Assembly: GCA_002721445.1 (NCBI GenBank)
Contig: PBKN01000007.1
Span: 75,211-139,210 of the forward strand
DNA length: 64,000 nucleotides
Direction: 5' to 3'
Source: Chloroflexota bacterium
GTDB taxonomy: Bacteria; Chloroflexota; Dehalococcoidia; Lucifugimonadales; GCA-002723415
The first letter of the stretch is position 1; each line of letters opens with the position of its first letter. The position numbers and the translations under genes are program-made. The notes beneath the pieces were generated by a model. It worked only from the letters and a program-made list of their open reading frames with translations. It was not told the DNA's origin and did no database searches. Of the stretch, positions 57,083-64,000 are shown one piece after another.

Positions 57083-57952
57083 TTATTTGTGTTCGAATTT
57101 TAGACTTAAGTCAATTATTTTCACTGAATGAGTAATTTCTCCTATTGATATTAAATCAACACCAGTTTTTGCAATATCTTCAACATTTTCTAAATTGACA
57201 CCTCCCGAGGCTTCTAAGAGTATTTGCCCGTTACATATTTTCACTGCTTCAGTCATATCATTAAGTGACATGTTATCTAACATTATAGTGTCGGGTTTGG
57301 CAACAATAGCTTTTTTTAAATCTTCAAGTGATTCTACTTCAATTTCAATTTTCATATTATGGCTAATATTTTGCTTTGCTTTTTCAATAATATCTTTTAA
57401 TTCAAATCCTTTATTTTTCATAATTTGAATGTGAGTATCTTTAATTAATATTCCGTCACCAAGGTTAAATCTATGGTTTCTACCTCCCCCAATTTTAACT
57501 CCATATTTGTCTAATTCACGTAAACCTGGAATAGTCTTTCTAGTATCTATAATTTTTGCTTTGTAGATGTGAACCTTTTGGCAAAAAGTTTTTGTTATTG
57601 TTGCGATTCCGCTTATTCTTTGCAAAAAATTTAATGCTGTCCTCTCTGCTTGAAGTATTGATGTAACACTACCATATATTTCGAATATAATATCTTTTTT
57701 TTGAAATTGTTTAGATTCTTCAACTAATTGATTAATTGTTAGATTTGAGTTTACCTTTTTGAGTATGGCTATAAAAATATCAGAACCTGCCAGTGTTCCA
57801 GCTGATTTTGCAATGACTAAGGCTTTACCAATTTCTGAAGTTGATATTAAAGATTCTGTTGTGATGTCACCAAGAAAAAGATCTTCCGATAATGTTTTTT
57901 CAATCAGATTATTAATTTCTGGAGTAATAATTATTTTATTTTGATATATCAA
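57083..57952 (-). CDS. nadC: Nicotinate-nucleotide pyrophosphorylase (quinolinate phosphoribosyltransferase)
   Basis: EDLFLGDITT, ERTALNFLQRISGIAT, DTRKTIPGLR, IMLDNM, ASGG. Confidence 0.92.
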   Translation of the reverse strand: MIYQNKIIITPEINNLIEKTLSEDLFLGDITTESLISTSEIGKALVIAKSAGTLAGSDIFIAILKKVNSNLTINQLVEESKQFQKKDIIFEIYGSVTSILQAERTALNFLQRISGIATITKTFCQKVHIYKAKIIDTRKTIPGLRELDKYGVKIGGGRNHRFNLGDGILIKDTHIQIMKNKGFELKDIIEKAKQNISHNMKIEIEVESLEDLKKAIVAKPDTIMLDNMSLNDMTEAVKICNGQILLEASGGVNLENVEDIAKTGVDLISIGEITHSVKIIDLSLKFEHK

Positions 57953-57988
57953 TTTTTATCTTTATGAATTGTTTGATAACAATTGAAT

Positions 57989-59200
57989 TTATTCTAATGC
58001 AAGCATTCTATTTAATGCTATTTTTGAATTATTAATTATTTTTTTGTCAACTTCAATTTGATTAATAATTTTACCACTTTCAATAGATTCTAAAACCCAG
58101 CACAAATAAGCTGGGTGTATTCTATACATAGTAGAACATGGGCAAACCATCGAATCTAGACAAAAAATTGTTTTATCTGTATTTTGTTTAGCTATTCGGT
58201 TAACTAAGTTTATTTCAGTGCCAACTCCCCATATGCTTCCAGGTGCACCTTCACTAATAGTTTTTATAATATATTCTGTAGATCCAACAAAGTCTGAATT
58301 ATCTACTACATCCATAGTGCATTCTGGATGCACTATAATATTTATTTCAGGAAATTTCTTCTTTGCATTTTCTATTTGATCAATATTAAACCTTGTATGT
58401 ACTGAGCAATGTCCTTGCCAAAGGATTAATTTTGAATTTTTAATAGAGTCTAAAGTATTTCCTCCAAGTTCTTTAAATGGGTTCCATATTACCATTTCAT
58501 CTAATTTTATACCCAATTTTTTTCCTGTGTTTCTACCTAAATGTTGGTCAGGTATAAATAGTATTTTTTCTCTATTAGAAAACGCCCATTTCATTGCTTC
58601 AGTAGCATTTGAAGATGTGCATACTAAGCCACCATTTTCTCCACAAATAGATTTGATAGCTGCCGTAGAATTCATGTATGTAATAGGTGTTACTATATTA
58701 TTACCAACTAATTCATTTAGGTCTTCCCAGCAATCTAATACATCTTCTGTAATAGCCATGTCAGCCATTGAACATCCAGCTGTTAAATTAGGCAAAATAA
58801 CTTTTTGATGCTTTTTACTTAATATATCAGCAGTTTCTGCCATAAAATGTACACCACAAAATATTATATATTCTAGTTCTGGTATAGATGCAGCATATTG
58901 AGCTAGCTTGAAAGAATCTCCTTGGTAGTCTGTATATTTGATAATTTGATCACGTTGATAGTGGTGTCCAAGGATTATAATTTTTTCTTTAAGTTTATTT
59001 TTAGATTTAGAAATTCTTGTATCAAGTTCATCAGGTGTTAACCTCATATATTCAATGGGTATTTTTTGCCATCTAGCTTTTGATTTAGTCTCTTCTACTA
59101 AAGGCTTAGTTTCTAGGTCAGTTTCTTCTCTACAAAAAGCAGACCTCTCAGTTTCAGTTATAGGCGTGATGGGAGTTTTAGTTTTAGTTTGAAAAATCAT
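57989..59200 (-). CDS. nadA: Quinolinate synthase
   Basis: ILGHHYQ, CGVHFMAETA, AGCSMA, HPEC, CPCSTM cluster ligand regions; 403 aa with an N-terminal extension. Confidence 0.9.
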   Translation of the reverse strand: MIFQTKTKTPITPITETERSAFCREETDLETKPLVEETKSKARWQKIPIEYMRLTPDELDTRISKSKNKLKEKIIILGHHYQRDQIIKYTDYQGDSFKLAQYAASIPELEYIIFCGVHFMAETADILSKKHQKVILPNLTAGCSMADMAITEDVLDCWEDLNELVGNNIVTPITYMNSTAAIKSICGENGGLVCTSSNATEAMKWAFSNREKILFIPDQHLGRNTGKKLGIKLDEMVIWNPFKELGGNTLDSIKNSKLILWQGHCSVHTRFNIDQIENAKKKFPEINIIVHPECTMDVVDNSDFVGSTEYIIKTISEGAPGSIWGVGTEINLVNRIAKQNTDKTIFCLDSMVCPCSTMYRIHPAYLCWVLESIESGKIINQIEVDKKIINNSKIALNRMLALE

Positions 59201-59205
59201 TTATT

Positions 59206-60501
59206 TCACTTTATTTTAAGGGGAATTTTTTCTCCTTGTAATGACCAAGGAGTACTTTTCTTTATTTTAATATTTGTCATTTGACCTTTCAAGTCTTCAT
59301 GAGATTCAAAATAAATTAATTTATCATTTCTATTTCTTCCATATTGACTATTCTTTTTTGAGCCTTCAACTAATACTTCAAATGTTTCTCCAGACAGTAG
59401 ACTATTCTTTTCTTGTAGTATGTTTTTTTGAATAGATTCAATTTTATTGAGTCTGTATTTTTTTTCTTCCATTGATATACTGTCTATCATTTTACGCATA
59501 GCAATAGTGTTGTCTCTAATCGAATATGCAGCAGCATGCACTTTATCAAATCTAATATCTTTGATTATATCTAAGGTTTTTTCGAATTGTATATCACTTT
59601 CACCACAAAATCCGACAATAATATCAGTACTAATTGATACATTGGGGATTTTAGATCTTATTTTGTCTATCAGTTGCCTATATTCTTCATTAGTATATCC
59701 ACGCCTCATTTTATTCAATATATCATCGTCTCCTGCTTGTATAGGTAGATTGATATGTTCACAGACTTTATCAAGTTCAGCAACTGATTCAATAATATTA
59801 TCACTCATGTCATTAGGATGCGAGGTTAAAAATCGTATTCTTTCAATTCCATCTATTTTATTGAGTTCTTTTAACAAATCACCTAGGTCTGGTTTACCTG
59901 GCAAATCATGTCCATATGAATCAATATTTTGGCCTAATAGAGTTATTTCTTTTACACCTCTTTGTGATAAATATTGTGTTTCTGAAATTATTTCTTTAAC
60001 AGGTCTACATATTTCTCTTCCTCGTCTGTAAGGAATAATACAGAAAGAACAAAATTTATCACATCCTTGAACTATAGGTATATAAGCTGTAACATCTGGT
60101 TTTGCAGTTAATTGAGTTAAGCAACCTTGAGTATCTATATTTAATTTTTGTTCAATATAGTCAATTAATGGAGCATAATTCTGAGGTTGTATAAATATAT
60201 CTGCATATGGGAATTTTTGATTTAAATCTTTTGTATTAGGCCCAACCATACAACCCATTAAAGCAAGTATCATTTGTGGATTTTTCTCTTTTATTGGTTT
60301 GAGACTAGTTAACATACCAACTACTTTGTCTTCTGCTCCCTGACGCACGACGCAACTGTTTAATACAATTAAATCTGATTGTGAAGGATTATTGGTATTT
60401 TTAAACCCAAGTTGACTTAAAGCATTTTCTAATCTTTCAGAATCTGCTTTGTTCATCTGACAACCTATGGTCCATATATAGTATTTAAGTAAATTATTCA
60501 T
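59206..60501 (-). CDS. miaB: tRNA-i6A37 methylthiotransferase MiaB
   Basis: YIWTIGCQMN, radical-SAM motif CDKFCSFCIIP, TRAM C-terminus; 431 aa. Confidence 0.92.
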   Translation of the reverse strand: MNNLLKYYIWTIGCQMNKADSERLENALSQLGFKNTNNPSQSDLIVLNSCVVRQGAEDKVVGMLTSLKPIKEKNPQMILALMGCMVGPNTKDLNQKFPYADIFIQPQNYAPLIDYIEQKLNIDTQGCLTQLTAKPDVTAYIPIVQGCDKFCSFCIIPYRRGREICRPVKEIISETQYLSQRGVKEITLLGQNIDSYGHDLPGKPDLGDLLKELNKIDGIERIRFLTSHPNDMSDNIIESVAELDKVCEHINLPIQAGDDDILNKMRRGYTNEEYRQLIDKIRSKIPNVSISTDIIVGFCGESDIQFEKTLDIIKDIRFDKVHAAAYSIRDNTIAMRKMIDSISMEEKKYRLNKIESIQKNILQEKNSLLSGETFEVLVEGSKKNSQYGRNRNDKLIYFESHEDLKGQMTNIKIKKSTPWSLQGEKIPLKIK

Positions 60502-60514
60502 TATTTAAAAGCGG

Positions 60515-60604
60515 CGGAGGGAATGGGATTCGAACCCATGAGAAGGGTATAACCCTCCTAAGCGCTTAGCAGGCGCCCGCACTAGGCCTCTATGCGACCC
60601 CTCC
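60515..60604 (-). tRNA. tRNA-Ser (anticodon GCU), CCA not encoded
   Basis: The reverse complement is GGAGGGG...GGCGC-CUGCUAA-GCGCU (anticodon loop with GCU). It has a long variable arm (AGGGT-tat-ACCCT), T-arm ATGGG-TTCGAAT-CCCAT and acceptor TCCCTCC+G. Confidence 0.9.
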
Positions 60605-60650
60605 TAATTCTTTATATTTAGAATGAATTATATCATTTAATATCATATTA

Positions 60651-61064
60651 TTAAAATTTTGGTTCATTTACCCATTTCGACTCGTCTTGAAAGAATTCTT
60701 TTTTCCAAATTGGCACTGTAAGTTTTAATGTGTCTATAACATACTCACAAGCAATGAAAGCTGATTTTCTATGTGGTGAAGAAATTGAAACAACTAAGCT
60801 TATTTCTCCAATTTCAACTTTACCTAGTCTATGTGCAATATAAATATCATTAATGTCCCATTTTTTTTGAATATATTTTATTATTTCATTTAATTTTTTT
60901 TCAGCCATTGGCGCATATGCTTCATATTCTAAATGTAAAACTTTTCGATTTTCTGTATAATTTCTAGTTGTTCCTAAAAATGTTATTACTGCTCCATTAT
61001 TAGGATTCTTAATTGAATTAGTTATCAATTCAGGATTTAATTTATCGAATGTAATTTTTATCAT
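60651..61064 (-). CDS. moaE: Molybdopterin synthase catalytic subunit
   Basis: GAVITFLGTTRN, LEYEAYAPMAEK, VPIWKKE; ATGA overlap with moaD. Confidence 0.9.
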   Translation of the reverse strand: MIKITFDKLNPELITNSIKNPNNGAVITFLGTTRNYTENRKVLHLEYEAYAPMAEKKLNEIIKYIQKKWDINDIYIAHRLGKVEIGEISLVVSISSPHRKSAFIACEYVIDTLKLTVPIWKKEFFQDESKWVNEPKF

Positions 61065-61312
61065 TTTGATCCTCCGCTAACAGGTGGAATTAAAGCAACT
61101 TCATCGCAATCATTTAGGATATATTTATAATCTTGGTATTCATAATTGACTGCAAAAATAAATTTATTTTTAAATTTGGATAAATTTGGATAATTCTTAA
61201 TTATTAGTTCAGATAAATCTTGTATTGTTGCATTTTGTTGCATTTCAATAATTGTATTTTTTGTTTTAGTTTTTTCCTTATAAAATGCAAAGAATTTTAT
61301 CTTAATTTGCAA
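61061..61312 (-). CDS. moaD: Molybdopterin synthase sulfur-carrier subunit ending GG-SK
   Basis: 83 aa; DEVALIPPVSGGSK C-terminus. TTG start. The GGA GGA Gly codons double as the moaE Shine-Dalgarno. Confidence 0.85.
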   Translation of the reverse strand: MQIKIKFFAFYKEKTKTKNTIIEMQQNATIQDLSELIIKNYPNLSKFKNKFIFAVNYEYQDYKYILNDCDEVALIPPVSGGSK

Positions 61313-61335
61313 GTTGTATCCTTTCCCATTATAAA

Positions 61336-62097
61336 TTAACTGTTTTTCTTATTTAAGAATGTTTTAAATCCTTCTTCTATAGGGATCTGTTCTAAGTTGG
61401 TTTCTCTTATTTGGATTTCTTTTTTATACATTATCTCCATTGTTTTTCCAATATTTTGCAACATTGCTATTTTCATATTTTGTACTATTTCCGGATAATT
61501 ATTTGATATTTGACTAGCTAATTCTATACTTTTATTTTTCAAATTTCTATGACTTACTAAATGATTCAATAATCCAATTCTGTAAGCTTCTTTTGCTTCA
61601 ACTTCTCTTGCACTGAATAATAATTCCTTAGCTAAAGGCCAGCCAATTTGTAAGGGTAGACACCATGTTCCATGTAATTTCCCATAATTTGAAGCACTAA
61701 ATTTAAATTTAGTTTTTTGAGACCCTATTCTGATGTCTAAACAACTAGCAAGTAAAGCTCCTCCACCGTAAGCTAGCCCATTAATCATCCCAATTGTAGG
61801 TTTGCTGCATTGAAGGATATTTAAATAATATTTTTGTCTAAGTTTATCAATGCTGTTAGAATCAATTTTTGAATTTAATTCAAGCATTTCTTTTATATCT
61901 GCACCTGATGAGAAAGCTTTATTACCTTTCCCAGTTATTATGATTGCGTTGATATTTTTATCTTTTTCTAAATTATTAAGAACATTATCTAGTTCTTTAA
62001 GTAGATTTATGTTGAGAGCATTTAAAACTTCAGGTCTGTTTAAGGTTATTATACCAATGTTATCAGTTTTTTCACAAAGGATATTTTTATAATTCAA
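61336..62097 (-). CDS. Enoyl-CoA hydratase/isomerase (crotonase) family protein
   Basis: ITLNRPEVLNALN, FSSGADIKEM, GLAYGGG; TTG start after GGAGAA. Confidence 0.88.
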   Translation of the reverse strand: MNYKNILCEKTDNIGIITLNRPEVLNALNINLLKELDNVLNNLEKDKNINAIIITGKGNKAFSSGADIKEMLELNSKIDSNSIDKLRQKYYLNILQCSKPTIGMINGLAYGGGALLASCLDIRIGSQKTKFKFSASNYGKLHGTWCLPLQIGWPLAKELLFSAREVEAKEAYRIGLLNHLVSHRNLKNKSIELASQISNNYPEIVQNMKIAMLQNIGKTMEIMYKKEIQIRETNLEQIPIEEGFKTFLNKKNS

Positions 62098-62211
62098 ATG
62101 ATTCTCCTAATATTTGAAAAGTATCAGTTTATTAATTTCTTGATTATACTTTGGATTTGATATATTTTCAGTTAAATTGATTTATAATTAAAAAAATAGG
62201 TTTATATAGTT

Positions 62212-63480
62212 ATGTATAATAATTTTGACATTTATAAAGATTCTGATCAAACACCAAATATTGCTTATCATTTAATTGATAAGCATGCTAATTCTCATAT
62301 CAAAGATAATATCGCTCTTTCATGGATAAGTAATGACAATCATAAAGAGGTTTATTCGTTTGCTGATTTAAGTGAGCTTAGTAATAAATTTGCAAATATG
62401 ATGATTAGTATGGGGGTGGAAAAAGGTGATGTCATTGTATTATTTATTGAAAATCTACCTGAACTATATGTTGGTTTTTTAGGAGGCCTTAAGACTGGAG
62501 CAATTGTAACATATATTTCAAATAATATAGATATAAATAATATAAAGAAAAGGTTAATTTCTCTCAAGGCAAAAATTATTCTGACTACACCTAGATTAAG
62601 GAATAAATTGAATGAAATCATTTTTGAGCTTTTTGAACTTCAGCATATAGTTGTTGTGAACAGGAGTAATCTGGATGATGGTTTATTAGATATAGCTGAT
62701 TTAGATTATTATCATGAGATGGATAAAAATTCATCTCTTTTTGATATTAATAAAACTTTTAAGGAAGATATATCATTGATTTATTATACTTCAACTGAAA
62801 ACAAGCATCTTCCTATATCAATTAGTCATGAGAATTTATTAAATTATTATTTAGTTAGTAATTATGTTATAGAGAATGCTAGTAATGAAGCATATTTTAG
62901 CAATGTGTCTCCAGAGGGTATAAATTTTATTAATTTTAATATTTGTTACCCGTGGATTAATGCGTCTAATAATGTTGTTTTTGAGAGATTAGATGATATT
63001 GGAAATATACTTACAATTATTGAGAAAGAAAAGGTAAACATTTTATGTATAGATGAAAGCTCTATAATGAACTCAGGGCAAACAAAATTTTATCAATCTT
63101 ATGTTAACAAGTCTAATAATATTAGATTGTTTAAATTATTATTATTGAATTTTTCGGCAGATTTATTTCTGAATAATAATAATAATAATAATTATATTTT
63201 TACTGATTGTAATCTGGGTATTGTTTTAGCATTTAATAAATCAGGTATTGATATCAAAACAGGATATTTAGGTCTTAAAATGATCGGCCAAGAATTACAA
63301 AATAGTTCAGATACAAATAATAAGTTTGGAGAATTGGAAATAGACATTTCTAAATCATTAATTTTTCATAGTTATTACAGAGAAGATGAGAATTGCAACA
63401 TGGATGTTAATATACGTAATTATTCTTTAGGATTAAAAGGTTATGTAGATTGTAAAGGAAATATATATTTGCAAATTTAA
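62212..63480 (+). CDS. Degenerate, C-terminally short AMP-binding (acyl/acetyl-CoA synthetase-like) homologue
   Basis: The N-terminal region is family-typical: YSFADLSELSNKFANMMISMGVEKGDVIVLFIENLPELYVGFLGGLKTGAIV. The P-loop position reads YYTSTENKHLPIS. The protein stops at about the hinge (GYVDCKGNIYLQI). Confidence 0.6.
   Translation: MYNNFDIYKDSDQTPNIAYHLIDKHANSHIKDNIALSWISNDNHKEVYSFADLSELSNKFANMMISMGVEKGDVIVLFIENLPELYVGFLGGLKTGAIVTYISNNIDINNIKKRLISLKAKIILTTPRLRNKLNEIIFELFELQHIVVVNRSNLDDGLLDIADLDYYHEMDKNSSLFDINKTFKEDISLIYYTSTENKHLPISISHENLLNYYLVSNYVIENASNEAYFSNVSPEGINFINFNICYPWINASNNVVFERLDDIGNILTIIEKEKVNILCIDESSIMNSGQTKFYQSYVNKSNNIRLFKLLLLNFSADLFLNNNNNNNYIFTDCNLGIVLAFNKSGIDIKTGYLGLKMIGQELQNSSDTNNKFGELEIDISKSLIFHSYYREDENCNMDVNIRNYSLGLKGYVDCKGNIYLQI
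63172..63192 (+). repeat. (AAT)7 trinucleotide microsatellite encoding Asn7
   Basis: aataataataataataataat read directly; lies inside the degenerate AMP-binding homologue. Confidence 0.9.
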
Positions 63481-64000
63481 GAATTGTTTGAAGGATTTAG
63501 AAATTTCTTTAAATCTTCACGGTTTTTATTAAGCCATATTGAATTCAGATTAATTTTTTCTATAGATTGCAGTATAGTTCTATTTGCTGATGGAGTAGGG
63601 TTATCTTTGAAAAATTTTTCTACATCATTTTTCATTTTTGTGTTTGAGAATATAGATGTTAACGAAACAAGTTGCATTAAACCAAATCCTCCTCCACCGT
63701 ATAATTTACTTAATGTTTTCCAGTTGTCTTTGATAAATCCCCATGATAGATCGCGACCATGTTTATTCATAGTTACTGATGCGATTACAGATATTGCATC
63801 TTGAGATCTAATATCTTTAGATATTGATTTTTCTAATGTTTTAATTAATAGATCTGTTTGTTTAAATTTACCTAAGGCGATTAATAAGCGTAATTTTTCT
63901 TCTGATGTTATGGATATTTTGTGAAGTTCCCATATTTTTTCGTAGGTACTAGTATTTCCATTTAAAGCACTTAAATTGAATACCAGACCTTTTATATCTG
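63477..64000 (-). CDS. pepN: M1-family aminopeptidase (PepN-like), C-terminal domain; 5'-partial at window edge
   Basis: I checked the frame by hand: it is open from 64000 to the stop at 63477-63479. ...SEEKLRLLIALGKF..IRSQDAISVIASVT..GRDLSWGFIKDNWKTLSKLYGGGGF resembles the ERAP1-like C-terminal domain. Confidence 0.65.
   Translation of the reverse strand, partial: DIKGLVFNLSALNGNTSTYEKIWELHKISITSEEKLRLLIALGKFKQTDLLIKTLEKSISKDIRSQDAISVIASVTMNKHGRDLSWGFIKDNWKTLSKLYGGGGFGLMQLVSLTSIFSNTKMKNDVEKFFKDNPTPSANRTILQSIEKINLNSIWLNKNREDLKKFLNPSNNS

Noticed and set aside
59447-60031. 194-aa + strand ORF
   Set aside because: It lies entirely antisense to miaB, which has unambiguous radical-SAM/MiaB motifs. 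The translation is low-complexity Ser/Ile/Leu-rich, typical of a shadow ORF in AT-rich DNA.
1-64000. Alternative genetic code as an explanation for the missing start codons or odd ORF boundaries
   Set aside because: TAA, TAG and TGA all terminate conserved ribosomal protein genes at the expected positions: rpsL TAG, rpsG TAA, and rplN/rplX/rpmC/rpmJ TGA. The standard bacterial code therefore applies.

Overview
AT-rich, very tightly packed bacterial chromosomal segment. I saw no rRNA, CRISPR array, transposase or integrase.

Gene content:
- Core: one + strand ribosomal supercluster from rpsL (10260) to rpsI (30360). It comprises str (rpsL-rpsG-fusA, no tuf), S10, spc (with secY-adk-map-infA-rpmJ), alpha (rpsM-rpsK-rpsD-rpoA-rplQ), then truA-rplM-rpsI.
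- Left flank: DUF1800 fragment, NHL-repeat protein, xth, pepP, rluD, lspA, MFS transporter, threonine-aldolase-like enzyme, thrC, aminotransferase.
- Right of the core, in order:
  - a BNR/sialidase-like gene;
  - a - strand alternative complex III (ACIII, act) cluster (31490-39737);
  - pcrA, a JAMM/MPN+ protease and a DAHP synthase;
  - CoxM/CoxS-type subunits with no large subunit, plus a ThiS/MoaD-like protein;
  - several hydrolases and tmRNA (49987-50338);
  - an orphan AceE-type E1;
  - a block of exported proteins of unknown function (52.9-56.1 kb);
  - an FmdB-type zinc ribbon gene and dtd;
  - nadC-nadA-miaB, tRNA-Ser(GCU) and moaE-moaD;
  - a crotonase and a degenerate acyl-CoA-synthetase homologue;
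  - the 3' end of an M1 aminopeptidase.

Most notable observations:
1. Three genes have conserved or clearly coding N-terminal regions but no in-frame ATG/GTG/TTG, and seem to start at ATT. One is a 176-codon ORF (55587-56117, -) that is absent from the supplied ORF track.
2. Two ubiquitin-like sulfur carriers (MoaD and a ThiS/MoaD-like protein) carry extra residues after the C-terminal Gly-Gly. A JAMM protease that could trim them lies in the same window.
3. The ACIII cluster has a split ActB, adjacent NrfD-like subunits and no neighbouring oxidase.
4. uL5 has an 87-codon Lys-rich N-terminal extension.
5. A 748-aa VWA-like / Ig-like / TM / FHA-like protein has no recognisable function.
6. Seven of eight convergent gene junctions leave 10 nt or less, or overlap.

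Lineage guess: Zn-ribbon uL24, the 61-aa Zn-type uS14, ACIII and no tuf after fusA hint at a streamlined Terrabacteria/Chloroflexota-like organism. This is inference only. All family assignments come from reading motifs by eye; no database search was run.
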